Shown here piece by piece: positions 41,293-51,804 of a stretch of DNA of 64,000 nucleotides. Origin of the DNA: Paracoccaceae bacterium. Its GTDB lineage: Bacteria > Pseudomonadota > Alphaproteobacteria > JAPKNN01. The notes under the pieces were generated by a model that had not been told where the DNA came from, did no database searches, and saw nothing but the letters and a program-made list of their open reading frames with translations. The translations under genes were made by a program, and so were the position numbers. The DNA lies in the NCBI GenBank assembly GCA_040266715.1, contig JAPKNN010000001.1:51034-115033 (forward strand), written 5' to 3'. Positions within the stretch are counted from its first letter, which is position 1. The number at the start of each line of letters is the position of its first letter.

Positions 41293-43449
41293 TCAGGATA
41301 AACTTCTCTCAACTTGATTAATAAGTGGAAGTTTCCGCAGAATCATCATGAGTTTGTGAATGTCTTGTGCATTATAAACACCAATATCTATACGCAATCT
41401 ATACATTTTATCTATTTTCAATAAAACCATATTCGTAATATCAACATCGTTATCACTCAATTTTTTTGCAATAGTTGCTATTGCTCCAACTTGATCGTAA
41501 AAACTCATACTTAATGTTGCATGAAAGCGTTTTTTATTATGATCATTAATATTCCATCTCAAATCATAAATGCGTTTTTTACCGATTGTTTTTTCTAATT
41601 TCTTAAAAGATTGAGAGTCGACATTATACACAGCAATAGCTTTATCGCCATCATCAATCCCTACTATAGTATCTCCAGGTACGGCCCCTACTGAATCACC
41701 AAAGTTTAATCTCCTTTCATGACCACCTCCCGATATAGGTAATCCTCCCATATTTACATCTTGCGAACGCGACAATAATGTTTTTTTTATATCTTCAGTG
41801 AGTCGATGCTGTGGCAAATTATCAATGAGTGCTTTAAAGAAAAAATCCCTTTCTATCTCTTCTTTTCCTAAAGCAATAACAACTTGTCGTGCGTTTTGAT
41901 ATTGTAATTGTATGGCTACCGCATTCAAACTATTTTCACCCACACTAATTTCAGCACGCGCTGCACGTCGTTTAATAATTTGCATACCATCCGAGTAGTA
42001 CGTACGCAATTTTTCCTCAGTCATTCTTTTGCGTATTAAGGAACGTGCTTTGCCAGTTTGTAAAAAATTGAGATAATATTCTTGATACTGTTCTTGCTGT
42101 GCTGTTTCAATATACACTTCATCACCATTTTTAAGAATATCGCTTAAGCTTCTCCTTTGCTCATTGATATAGCACCCTTTTGCACGACTACCTATTTCTG
42201 TATGGACGTTATAGGCAAAATCTAAAGCGCAGGCATTACGCGGTAAAAATATAATCTCCCCTTGTGGGGTATAGCAATATATATTTTCTGTATTTATTTC
42301 CCTTAGGGCATTTTGAAAAAAATCTTCTGGATTAAGCTCGTTATTTTGCAATAATTCAAATGTTTGTCTTAAGCGTTTAATAGACTCATTCATGTGCCAT
42401 TGGTTTTTTTCAGAGTCATTATAAATTTTATACCAAGCATGAGAAGCAACACCTAAACGTGCATTCTCATCCATTTCATACGTTCTTATTTGCAATTCCA
42501 TGCGCTGCTTATTGGGTATCCATACAGCTGTATGTAAAGAGGAATATCCATTTTTTTTAGGTAAGGAAATATAATCTTTAAAACAGCCAGGAACAACTGG
42601 AAAAGCATTATGAATAATACCAAGAACTGTATAACATTCTTGCAACTCCTTTACGAGGATCCGAAAACCATATATATCTGATATTTTACGAAAACTTACA
42701 TTACGAATATGCATTTTTTTCCATATAGAAAAAGGGGCTTTGATTCTACCTAAAATTGATGCGTCAATTCCTTCTTGTAACATTTTTTCTTTTAAAATTT
42801 GCTTTGTTTCCTCAACAAGAGTTTTTTTTTCGCTATCTAAATCATGTAGGCGATTAACTATTTCACTATATTGTTTGGGATGAAGAATTTTGAAGCTTAT
42901 ATCTTCTAGTTCGGCGCTTATACTTTCAATTCCTATTAACTTAGCCAAGGGAGCATAAACATTCAGCGTTTCTGTTGCGATACTCTTCTGTTTTGATGGC
43001 GACATAAAGGAGATTGTACGCATATTATGAAGTCTGTCTGCCAATTTAATTAAAAGCACTCTAATATCTGTAAAAATAGCTTGTACAAATTTTTTAAAAT
43101 TTTGAGCGTTGTAATGTCCATTATTCAATACATTCACTCTTTTTAATTTTGTTAAACCATCTACAATAAACGCAATATCTTTTCCAAAATCTTTCTCGAT
43201 ATCTTCTTTAGTTACTGGCGTATCCTCAATTACATCATGTAATAAGGCGGCAGCGATTGTTGTACTGTCCATTTTATAGTGCATCAATATGGTTGCAACT
43301 TCATATGGATGATTAATAAACGGTTCTCCCGTTTTTCTTTTTTGTGCATCATGTGCTATTGACGCTTTAATGTAGGCCCTTTCGACTAAATCTGTATCGA
43401 CTTTACCTTGATAACTCTGTAATTTTTTAATTAATTCAGATTGATGCAC
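41293..43449 (-). CDS. rsh: Bifunctional (p)ppGpp synthetase/hydrolase (RelA/SpoT homolog)
   Basis: 718 aa with N-terminal HD hydrolase domain (HDVIEDT), synthetase domain, TGS and C-terminal ACT regions. Confidence 0.9.
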   Translation of the reverse strand: MHQSELIKKLQSYQGKVDTDLVERAYIKASIAHDAQKRKTGEPFINHPYEVATILMHYKMDSTTIAAALLHDVIEDTPVTKEDIEKDFGKDIAFIVDGLTKLKRVNVLNNGHYNAQNFKKFVQAIFTDIRVLLIKLADRLHNMRTISFMSPSKQKSIATETLNVYAPLAKLIGIESISAELEDISFKILHPKQYSEIVNRLHDLDSEKKTLVEETKQILKEKMLQEGIDASILGRIKAPFSIWKKMHIRNVSFRKISDIYGFRILVKELQECYTVLGIIHNAFPVVPGCFKDYISLPKKNGYSSLHTAVWIPNKQRMELQIRTYEMDENARLGVASHAWYKIYNDSEKNQWHMNESIKRLRQTFELLQNNELNPEDFFQNALREINTENIYCYTPQGEIIFLPRNACALDFAYNVHTEIGSRAKGCYINEQRRSLSDILKNGDEVYIETAQQEQYQEYYLNFLQTGKARSLIRKRMTEEKLRTYYSDGMQIIKRRAARAEISVGENSLNAVAIQLQYQNARQVVIALGKEEIERDFFFKALIDNLPQHRLTEDIKKTLLSRSQDVNMGGLPISGGGHERRLNFGDSVGAVPGDTIVGIDDGDKAIAVYNVDSQSFKKLEKTIGKKRIYDLRWNINDHNKKRFHATLSMSFYDQVGAIATIAKKLSDNDVDITNMVLLKIDKMYRLRIDIGVYNAQDIHKLMMILRKLPLINQVERSLS

Positions 43450-43647
43450 AATTTTTATCTATCTCTCGTTTATATCATCTAAAATAAATATATAGGCCCG
43501 TAATATAAAAAAAATATATTGATAACTAACACGCAAAAACATACACTTTTAAAGTATATCTATCAAGTTTTTAGACTGTTTTTTATTAATTTTCCACTTG
43601 ACACATTATATTTTTTTCTATAGCTAGAACTCCTTAGGAGTTAATAA

Positions 43648-43773
43648 ATGCGTGTTATAAATTCATTACGTTCTCAAAGAACGCGAGACAAAAATAATAG
43701 AATAATCCGTCGTAAGGGGCGTGTTTACGTTATAAACAAAAAAAACCCCCGCATGAAAGCACGACAGGGTTAA
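43648..43773 (+). CDS. rpmJ: 50S ribosomal protein L36 (cysteine-free B-type), absent from the ORF track
   Basis: ATG at 43648 preceded by AGGAG (43636..43640); translation [41 protein letters not shown] (41 aa) matches the L36 pattern K/R-V-x-S-L-...-RRKG-x-[15 protein letters not shown]. Confidence 0.85.
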   Translation: MRVINSLRSQRTRDKNNRIIRRKGRVYVINKKNPRMKARQG

Positions 43774-44113
43774 GAGTAAAACAACCAACGGTAAACCCGT
43801 CTATCGGTGTGTTCTGTACGCTTTGGATGTCTGCATCTACGCGTTGTGTGAGTTGATTCACTACATTGCTGTCTACATTACAAGTGTGGCACATTACAAA
43901 CAAACCTCTCCTGATTCAAAAATACAGGCAATTTGAAATAAATAGCCTTTAAAATAAATAGATTATGTAACAAAATATAGCATAATTAAAAAATTACATA
44001 ATTACATATAAAGGCCATATTTACCTACCCTATCTCCAGTTTTTAAGTATAGAGAATAATTTTCAATTACGTATAACTGTTTACTAGACAACAATATGTA
44101 TGTTTTTCTCTTT

Positions 44114-44131
44114 TTGTAATACACCTGTCAT
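44114..44131 (+). promoter_or_regulatory. Putative Pho box (PhoB binding site) upstream of pstS
   Basis: TTGTAAT-ACAC-CTGTCAT: two 7-bp direct repeats with a 4-bp spacer, 57-74 bp upstream of the pstS ATG; resembles consensus CTGTCAT-N4-CTGTCAT. phoU-phoB are in the same locus. Confidence 0.35.
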
Positions 44132-44187
44132 ATTTCTCAATTATCTATCTGTTACATATTATAAAAACTATAAAGGAGATATGAATT

Positions 44188-45234
44188 ATGAAAAATATAA
44201 AAATATTTTTATACACATTGGTGATAGCCAATATTGTGGGATTTTTTGCACTGTCATCCTCTGATCAGGCTTACGCCCGTGATCAAATCAAAATAGTGGG
44301 TTCATCAACAGTTTTCCCCTTTTCTTCAGCAGTTGCAGAAAGATTTGGTAAAACAAAATACAAAACACCTATCGTAGAATCGACAGGAACAGGTGGAGGA
44401 TTTAAAATTTTTTGCAGTGGCAGAGGTTTAAATACTCCAGATATTTCAAACGCATCAAGACGGATTAAAAAAAGTGAATATACAAAATGTTTGGATAATG
44501 GTGTAACTGTCACAGAAGTGCAAATAGGTTATGACGGTATTTCTGTTGCTTATAGTAATAAGAACGGAGATTTAAACCTAACACGTGAACATCTCTATAA
44601 AGCCCTCGCTAAAGAGGTTGTTATTGATGGAAAATTAACAGCTAATCCATACAAAAAATGGAGTGATATTGATAGCTCTTTACCAAATATAGCTATTAAA
44701 GTTATGGGACCTCCACCAACCTCAGGAACACGCGATGCCTTTTTAGAATTAGCAATGGAAGCAGGTGCAAAAACTGATCCCGTACTCAGTGCACTTAAAA
44801 AATCTGATTCAAAAGCTTTCAAAAAAGCATCCCATACCCTTAGAGAGGATGGCGCCTATATAGAAGCTGGTGAAAACGATAATTTGATTGTTCAAAAACT
44901 AAAAGCAAGTCCCGATCTTATCGGTATATTCGGATTTAGTTTTTTAGAAGAAAATGCTGATTCAATAAAAGCAATTAAAATTGAAGGTGTATTGCCTACA
45001 TTTGATAACATTATTGATGGGAAATATACCATTTCTCGCTCATTATTTTTCTATGTAAAAAGAGAACATGTTAAAGTTGTACCTGGCTTAAAAGAATTCG
45101 TTGAAACTTTTGTTGATGAAAACACCATGGGTATTAATGGTTATCTTGTTGATAAGTCGCTTATCCCATTACAGCCAGATCAAGCCAATAAATATCGCGC
45201 CGATGTAGCTTCTATGAAGCAACTAGAAATGTAA
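44188..45234 (+). CDS. pstS: Phosphate ABC transporter substrate-binding protein
   Basis: Signal peptide, PBP-like fold, STVFPF and SGTRDAF motifs; first gene of the pstSCAB-phoU-phoB block. Confidence 0.9.
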   Translation: MKNIKIFLYTLVIANIVGFFALSSSDQAYARDQIKIVGSSTVFPFSSAVAERFGKTKYKTPIVESTGTGGGFKIFCSGRGLNTPDISNASRRIKKSEYTKCLDNGVTVTEVQIGYDGISVAYSNKNGDLNLTREHLYKALAKEVVIDGKLTANPYKKWSDIDSSLPNIAIKVMGPPPTSGTRDAFLELAMEAGAKTDPVLSALKKSDSKAFKKASHTLREDGAYIEAGENDNLIVQKLKASPDLIGIFGFSFLEENADSIKAIKIEGVLPTFDNIIDGKYTISRSLFFYVKREHVKVVPGLKEFVETFVDENTMGINGYLVDKSLIPLQPDQANKYRADVASMKQLEM

Positions 45235-45370
45235 CACCTATTGTATGTTTAGATATTAATAAAATATAAGCAATAAAAAGAAAAATTTCTGTTGTATATT
45301 TTTATTAATTTATACTACAATTAGGTAAGAAGTGTGACTAGTTTGATACTGCGAATAGGAATTTAATATC

Positions 45371-46780
45371 ATGTTTGGTTTTATATATAATATATACTTA
45401 CTGTTTATTATATTCCCTGTAATCTATTACATAGGATACTTGCGCGGTATAAAGCTAGTCAATGCTTTACACAATAGGGATTATGCAAATCAGAAATGGC
45501 AGCAAGCCATTTCTCATGCGTATGAGCATGGTCTTTTTCTTGCCATTATTGTTACAGTTTCTACTTTTCTATTATCCATTATTCTGTATTTTTATATGCA
45601 ACATTATATCAGTACGCTGATACACGAAACTGTTGTAGCTATTTCCGCACAAGAACTAGATTTTCATATATACCACACCATAACACAGCAAATATATGCA
45701 TATATACAATATGGTACCTCACATAATATTGACAATATGCATACCGAAATAGAAGTTATAAAATCACGTATCATACAGAATTATATACTTTTTAATATCG
45801 TTTTTCTTAGTATTATAGCGACCATTTTTTATTTCACTTATAATAAAATTACACTTACCTTCCCTTCGCGCAAATATTTAGAGAAATTTTTAATCGCAAT
45901 AATGTTCCTTTGTGCTACGTTCGCTATATTGACAACCTTTGGCATCGTTTTGTCATTAATTTTTGAAACCATTCAATTTTTCAATAAAATTTCAATCATT
46001 GACTATCTATTCGGCACACAATGGAGTCCACAATTGGCAATAAGAGAAGATCAAGTAGGCAGTTCGGGGGCTTTTGGAATTATACCATTGCTCACTGGAA
46101 CTTTACTAATTACAGTCATTGCTATACTCATTGCGGGACCTATCGGATTACTTTCTGCAATATACTTGACAGAATTTTCTAGTAAAAAGTTACGCAATTA
46201 TATCAAACCTCTTTTGGAAATTTTAGCTGGCATACCCACCGTTGTGTATGGTTTTTTTGCCGTTGTTACATTTGCTCCTTTCATGCGTGATTTAGGATAT
46301 GAATTTAACTTTGTCATTTCAACAGAATCCGCTTTAGTAGCTGGCATAACAATGGGTATTATGATTATACCTTTTGTTTCTTCTTTATCTGATGATATTA
46401 TGCACGCGGTACCACAATCCTTGCGTGATGGATCTTACGCACTAGGTTCAACGCGAACAGAAAATATTTTAAAAGTTGTTATTCCAGCAGCCTTACCTGG
46501 AATCGCAAGTGCTTTTTTACTTGCAATATCACGTGCCATTGGCGAAACCATGATTGTTGTTATGGCCGCGGGAATGGCAGCTAATCTTACTCTCAATCCC
46601 TTTGAAGCAGTAACAACAATAACCGTACAAATGACAAGTCTTCTCGTAGGCGATCAAGAGTTTGATAGTTCTAAAACACTCGCAGCCTTTGCATTGGGGT
46701 TCACGTTATTTGTGGTCACTTTACTGCTTAACTTTATTGCTCTTCGTATAGTCAAGAAATATAGAGAGATTTATAGCTAA
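45371..46780 (+). CDS. pstC: Phosphate ABC transporter permease PstC (long form)
   Basis: 469 aa; C-terminal half carries the PstC permease core and EAA-like loop (ISRAIGETMIVVMAAG); N-terminal extension as in long-form PstC. Confidence 0.88.
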   Translation: MFGFIYNIYLLFIIFPVIYYIGYLRGIKLVNALHNRDYANQKWQQAISHAYEHGLFLAIIVTVSTFLLSIILYFYMQHYISTLIHETVVAISAQELDFHIYHTITQQIYAYIQYGTSHNIDNMHTEIEVIKSRIIQNYILFNIVFLSIIATIFYFTYNKITLTFPSRKYLEKFLIAIMFLCATFAILTTFGIVLSLIFETIQFFNKISIIDYLFGTQWSPQLAIREDQVGSSGAFGIIPLLTGTLLITVIAILIAGPIGLLSAIYLTEFSSKKLRNYIKPLLEILAGIPTVVYGFFAVVTFAPFMRDLGYEFNFVISTESALVAGITMGIMIIPFVSSLSDDIMHAVPQSLRDGSYALGSTRTENILKVVIPAALPGIASAFLLAISRAIGETMIVVMAAGMAANLTLNPFEAVTTITVQMTSLLVGDQEFDSSKTLAAFALGFTLFVVTLLLNFIALRIVKKYREIYS

Positions 46781-46813
46781 GCTCAATTCTAAAAAATGAC
46801 AATGTGCCTTTAA

Positions 46814-48055
46814 ATGTATAAAATAAATCCCAGACAATTACGAATGCGCTACTTCAAGGAAAAGTGTCTACGTGTTTTGTGTGTTTTAAGTCTTTTAATC
46901 AGTTTGTGTTTTTTGATTACACTTATTGGATCCATTGCCTATAAATCTATTCCTGCACTGACTACTTCTTACCTTACGATAGATGTTTCAATACCAGCAA
47001 CACTAGATGCCAGCAAAGATAATGGACGAAATCTCTTGAGAAATGCTATTTTTCAGCTATTTCCTGATACAAAAACGCGAAAAAAAAAGAAAGCACTATA
47101 TGCATTACTTAGTTTCTCTAATGAAACGCAATTAAATACTATTATACGTAATAATACAGAATTTATTGGCAGAACCATACAATTTAAGGCGTTACTATCC
47201 GATAATAGCACACATTTTTTACGCAAATTGGATAATACAAATGACGTAAAAAAAATTACAACGAAATTAAGTACATATCAACAAAGCGCACTTTCTTCCC
47301 TCTATGAAGAAGGATATATTAGCTGGCATTTTAATACAGTGTTCTTTACTAATGGTGATAGTCGTGAACCTGAAAATGCTGGTATTATAGGCGCTATTAT
47401 TGGATCGATATATGTTTTAGGCATTACTTTACTTATTAGTTTGCCCGTTGGTGTTGCTGCAGCACTTTATTTAGAAGAATTTGCAGCTAGAAATAGATTT
47501 ACCGAAATCATTGAAATCAATATTAATAATCTTGCTGCTGTACCTTCAATTGTTTTTGGCCTTTTAGGCTTAAACTTGTTTATCAATCATTTTTCCTTAG
47601 CGCGTTCTTCTTCAATTGTGGGCGGCCTTATTTTAAGTCTTTTGACCTTACCTGTTATTATTATTGCCAGTCGTTCTGCTATAAAAGCCATTCCTGTATC
47701 CATTAAGCATGGCGCTCTTGCTTTAGGTGCTTCACCCGTTCAGGTAGCTTTGCATCATACTTTTGTCTTGTCATTACCTGGAATATTAACGGGAAGCATA
47801 ATCGGAATGGCCAGAGCTCTGGGAGAAAGTGCACCATTATTAATGATTGGTATGGTGGCCTTTATTGCAGATATCCCACGTACCATTACCGATTCCGCAA
47901 CCGTTCTACCTGTACAAATTTTTATATGGTCCGATAGCCCCGAAAGAAGTTTTGAAGCCCTAAGCTCACTGGCATCCTTGATACTTGTGATTTTTTTAAT
48001 TGCTATGAATGCCGTAGCAATCTATCTTAGAAAAAAATATGAAAAAAAATGGTAA
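46814..48055 (+). CDS. pstA: Phosphate ABC transporter permease PstA
   Basis: 413 aa; conserved LGASPVQ...GMARALGESAPLLMIG region. Confidence 0.88.
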   Translation: MYKINPRQLRMRYFKEKCLRVLCVLSLLISLCFLITLIGSIAYKSIPALTTSYLTIDVSIPATLDASKDNGRNLLRNAIFQLFPDTKTRKKKKALYALLSFSNETQLNTIIRNNTEFIGRTIQFKALLSDNSTHFLRKLDNTNDVKKITTKLSTYQQSALSSLYEEGYISWHFNTVFFTNGDSREPENAGIIGAIIGSIYVLGITLLISLPVGVAAALYLEEFAARNRFTEIIEININNLAAVPSIVFGLLGLNLFINHFSLARSSSIVGGLILSLLTLPVIIIASRSAIKAIPVSIKHGALALGASPVQVALHHTFVLSLPGILTGSIIGMARALGESAPLLMIGMVAFIADIPRTITDSATVLPVQIFIWSDSPERSFEALSSLASLILVIFLIAMNAVAIYLRKKYEKKW

Positions 48056-48076
48056 CTCAAAAAATAATGTACAATT

Positions 48077-48850
48077 ATGAATGAAAAAGAAAAAAAAATT
48101 AAAATTCACGTACACAATTTTAATGCCTATTATGATGATAAGCAGGTACTTTTTAACGTTAATTTAGATATTTTTGAAAACGAGATTACTGCGCTTATTG
48201 GCGCTTCTGGTTGTGGTAAATCAACCTTCTTGCGTCAGATAAACCGAATGAATGATGTTATAGAGAACTACTCTTGTGACGGAAGTATTATGCTGGATTC
48301 AGAAACAATAATTGGAAAAAGCATTGATGTTGTTCAATTACGTGCCCGTATAGGTATGGTTTTTCAAAAACCCAATCCTTTTCCAAAATCCATTTATGAT
48401 AATGTCGCTTATGGCCCGCGTATTCATGGATTGCATAAGAATAAAACAGACCTTGATCGTATTGTAGAGCAAAGTCTAACGCGTGCAGGGTTGTTTAATG
48501 AAGTCAAAGACCGATTAGCCGAAAGTGGAACAAGTTTATCTGGTGGTCAGCAGCAGCGCCTATGTATAGCCCGTGCTATTGCTATTAACCCCGAAGTTAT
48601 TCTTATGGACGAACCATGCTCAGCTCTTGATCCCATCGCCACAGCTCATGTTGAACAACTTATCGATGAATTACGAAAAAAATATACTATTATTATTGTC
48701 ACACACTCAATGCATCAAGCCGTTAGAATATCACAACGAACTGCATTTTTTCATCTTGGAGAAGTTATAGAAGTCAATGATACCAAAGCATTATTTGAAA
48801 AACCAAAACATGAACAAACACTACATTATGTGACAGGTAGATATGGATAA
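48077..48850 (+). CDS. pstB: Phosphate ABC transporter ATP-binding protein
   Basis: Walker [10 protein letters not shown], signature [14 protein letters not shown], Walker [12 protein letters not shown]. Confidence 0.95.
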   Translation: MNEKEKKIKIHVHNFNAYYDDKQVLFNVNLDIFENEITALIGASGCGKSTFLRQINRMNDVIENYSCDGSIMLDSETIIGKSIDVVQLRARIGMVFQKPNPFPKSIYDNVAYGPRIHGLHKNKTDLDRIVEQSLTRAGLFNEVKDRLAESGTSLSGGQQQRLCIARAIAINPEVILMDEPCSALDPIATAHVEQLIDELRKKYTIIIVTHSMHQAVRISQRTAFFHLGEVIEVNDTKALFEKPKHEQTLHYVTGRYG

Positions 48851-48870
48851 TTTAACAAAGGAATAATATT

Positions 48871-49548
48871 ATGAGTGAGCACATCGTTTCAGCCTATAAC
48901 AACGAATTAGAAGAACTTCGTCTTAAGGTCATTCAAATGGGAGGGAGTGCCGAACATTCTTTATCACAGCTTGTTTCTGTTATGAAGTATTTTAATCCTA
49001 GTGATATTGATAACATTATTGAGAACGAAAATAATATAGACAATATGATGCTGGAGATAAAAACATATGCCGTTATGCTTATCGCAAAAAGGCAACCACT
49101 TGCAGTAGATTTAAGAGAGATCATTACTGCCATAGATCATGCTTCAAATATAGAACGCATTGGTGATCTCATCGAAAATATCTGTAAAAGATTACAAAAA
49201 ATTGACCTTGTAATTGCCGAAAAACATATTCAATCGCTTAGAAGGCTTGCCGAAAAAACTCTTAAACAATTAAGCCAGTCACTCATTGCCATGACGAGCA
49301 ATGATATAGAACTCGTAAAGAAAATTTGGGTTAAGGATGATGAAATCGATGAATATTATTTTTCCCTCTATAAAGATATCATTGAATTTATGCAAAAAGA
49401 CGCACATAGAATTAATATCGCAACGGAGTTACTATTTATAGATAAGAACTTTGAGCGCATAGGAGATCATGCAACAAACATTGTAGAAAATATATTTTAT
49501 CAAATTACAGGTAAAAATTTTGACCCTAATAAAATGCATCCCGCGTAG
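48871..49548 (+). CDS. phoU: Phosphate signalling complex protein PhoU
   Basis: 225 aa, two PhoU repeats (ERIGD appears twice). Confidence 0.9.
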   Translation: MSEHIVSAYNNELEELRLKVIQMGGSAEHSLSQLVSVMKYFNPSDIDNIIENENNIDNMMLEIKTYAVMLIAKRQPLAVDLREIITAIDHASNIERIGDLIENICKRLQKIDLVIAEKHIQSLRRLAEKTLKQLSQSLIAMTSNDIELVKKIWVKDDEIDEYYFSLYKDIIEFMQKDAHRINIATELLFIDKNFERIGDHATNIVENIFYQITGKNFDPNKMHPA

Positions 49549-49568
49549 TTTTTTATATCATACTTCTT

Positions 49569-50255
49569 ATGACACGTGTTTTTATTATAGAGGATGAAAA
49601 ACCCATTGCAGATTTGATTAGCCTTCACATTAAAAATGAAGGATGGACACCTTTGATTTTTGATGATGGTCTGGAAGGACAAAAATCATGTGTCATGGAC
49701 AAGCCCGACATTATTATTTTAGATTGGATGTTACCCTCACTTAGTGGTTTTGAAATATGCAAGAACATTCGCCAAAACAAACAGAGTAAAAACATTCCCA
49801 TAATTATGTTAACCGCCCTAGGTGAAGAAGAAAACAAAATATCTTGTTTGCGTGCTGGCGCTGATGATTACGTAGTTAAACCTTTCTCTCCTGCCGAGTT
49901 AATCGCACGTATACATGCTAATTTGCGTCGCAGTCAACCACAGCTAGTGTTACCAACGCTGACTTTTGAAAACCTCACACTTAATAATGAAACTTTTACA
50001 CTTACATGTGAGGGCAAAATTATAGAAATAAGTAAAATAGAATTTAAACTTATCCAGTTCTTTATGCAAAATCCCTCTCGTACTTTATCAAGAGATAGCA
50101 TTATGGACAATGTATGGGGTTATGATACAGAAATAAATGACCGTACTGTAGATGTTTATATCTATCGCCTACGAAAAAAAATACTCAATCAATCTGCAAA
50201 TTGTGACATAAAATCACACAGAGGATTTGGTTATACACTAACACGGCATCCATAA
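49569..50255 (+). CDS. phoB: Phosphate regulon response regulator PhoB (OmpR family)
   Basis: Receiver domain (IILDWMLP, PIIMLTALGEE, DDYVVKPFSPAEL) and winged-helix output domain (VDVYIYRLRKK). Confidence 0.9.
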   Translation: MTRVFIIEDEKPIADLISLHIKNEGWTPLIFDDGLEGQKSCVMDKPDIIILDWMLPSLSGFEICKNIRQNKQSKNIPIIMLTALGEEENKISCLRAGADDYVVKPFSPAELIARIHANLRRSQPQLVLPTLTFENLTLNNETFTLTCEGKIIEISKIEFKLIQFFMQNPSRTLSRDSIMDNVWGYDTEINDRTVDVYIYRLRKKILNQSANCDIKSHRGFGYTLTRHP

Positions 50256-50315
50256 TCACAATAAAATACCACTATCTTATATTGCTTATAAATCAAAAAA
50301 GACAATTACATATTT

Positions 50316-50951
50316 TTAAGACATTTTCTGCTGTTTACAATAAAGTTGAATTTCCTTTTGAATAAGTGCTGATTTTATATCAATCCCCCATCTATAGTTG
50401 TTGATTCCACCGTTCTTACTGACTATCCGATGACACGGTACAAGCAAAGAAATCGGATTTTTAGCAACACCCACCGTAGAAACACTATGTGTATATTGCG
50501 GTCCTTTTCCCAGTCTTTGTGTGAGCTCACTGTAAGTCATTGTTTCCCCTGCTATTGTATGGATAAGTCCTTTCCATACACTGTGTTGATACTTCGTACC
50601 TACAAGCATCATTTTTACAGTTTTAGGTTTCTGATTAATTGTATGCTTTTTAACAAATGCATTAATGCTATTATCATCGTATTGAAAATCTAAAAAGTGA
50701 AACTGCTTTTGTAAATCTTCTAATGCTTCTTGCTTGTTTTTTTTATCATCACAAAAACCCAGAGCAAATAATGACCCCTCATATATGCATAAAATAAGCG
50801 ACATTTTTAAACCATAAATTAAGGATTGATGATAACCATAATGAATTGTTTTTGGTTTTAAACCCTTGCATATTTGTGTAAGAAAAATATCCTTTTCTAC
50901 ATATACAACATCCAAATTTGTGTGTGTATCAAACATAAATACCCTCTTCAT
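50316..50951 (-). CDS. ogt: Methylated-DNA--protein-cysteine methyltransferase (Ogt/MGMT family)
   Basis: C-terminal active-site PCHR motif (VPCHRIVSKNGG), 211 aa. Confidence 0.75.
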   Translation of the reverse strand: MKRVFMFDTHTNLDVVYVEKDIFLTQICKGLKPKTIHYGYHQSLIYGLKMSLILCIYEGSLFALGFCDDKKNKQEALEDLQKQFHFLDFQYDDNSINAFVKKHTINQKPKTVKMMLVGTKYQHSVWKGLIHTIAGETMTYSELTQRLGKGPQYTHSVSTVGVAKNPISLLVPCHRIVSKNGGINNYRWGIDIKSALIQKEIQLYCKQQKMS

Positions 50952-51143
50952 TTATCATTCTGCTTATATGTCTTACAATACATATACCATTATGCGTAAT
51001 TTTAAGAAAATAAATATATTGAAAATATATATTAATATTAGTCAACAGAAAAAACACCTCCACTGCATGATAATTTCTGCAAACTTACTTGTCTTATCAT
51101 AACGTATAAAGTAAGTATTACGGTAATTTATTCAAATTCATAT

Positions 51144-51803
51144 ATGTCAAAACCTACTACACAAAAATTATCCAAAAGGATTGAGGCTATTTTTTCTATA
51201 TTAGAAAACGACAATCCGCATCCCAAAGGGGAATTAAATTATACCAACACCTATACTCTTCTTGTAGCTGTTGTGCTTTCTGCTCAGGCTACCGATATAT
51301 CGGTCAATAAGGCTACAAAAAAACTATTTCAAATTGTTGACACCCCTGAAAAAATGGTGTTACTCACTGAGGATACACTCATTAAACATATACGTACAAT
51401 CGGTTTATTTCGCTCTAAAGCTAGCAATGTAATTGCTTTGTCACGCATTTTAGTTGAAAAATATAATAGCCGCGTTCCCTGTGATAGAAAGATTTTACAG
51501 AGTTTACCTGGTGTTGGACGTAAAACGGCTAATGTAGTTATGAATATCGCCTTTAATGTGCCCTATATTGCTGTTGATACACATATTTATCGTTTATCCA
51601 ATCGCCTTAAAATAGCTCCAGGAAAAACCCCCTTAGAGGTTGAAAATAAATTAGAAAAAAATATTCCCTCTCACTACAAATTACATGCACATCACTGGCT
51701 TATTTTGCATGGTCGTTACATCTGTAAAGCACGTAACCCACTATGCGCACAATGCCTCATAGCGAAACATTGTTCCTCTAAAGATAAAAATATTCAAACA
51801 TGA
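51144..51803 (+). CDS. nth: Endonuclease III
   Basis: HhH-GPD motif (LPGVGRKTANVV) and C-terminal 4Fe-4S Cys cluster (C-x6-C-x2-C-x5-C). Confidence 0.9.
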   Translation: MSKPTTQKLSKRIEAIFSILENDNPHPKGELNYTNTYTLLVAVVLSAQATDISVNKATKKLFQIVDTPEKMVLLTEDTLIKHIRTIGLFRSKASNVIALSRILVEKYNSRVPCDRKILQSLPGVGRKTANVVMNIAFNVPYIAVDTHIYRLSNRLKIAPGKTPLEVENKLEKNIPSHYKLHAHHWLILHGRYICKARNPLCAQCLIAKHCSSKDKNIQT

Positions 51804-51804
51804 C

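Noticed and set aside
43774-44113. ~340 bp of non-coding sequence between rpmJ and the pstS promoter, considered as a possible sRNA or small-protein locus
   Set aside because: Only very short ORFs (up to ~31 codons) without ribosome-binding sites, and no convincing terminator hairpin or conserved structural motif recognisable by eye.
51083-51116. Inverted repeat acttactt...aagtaagt between the divergent ogt and nth genes
   Set aside because: The stem is only 8 bp of AT-rich sequence with a ~18-nt loop; such hairpins are frequent by chance at this base composition.
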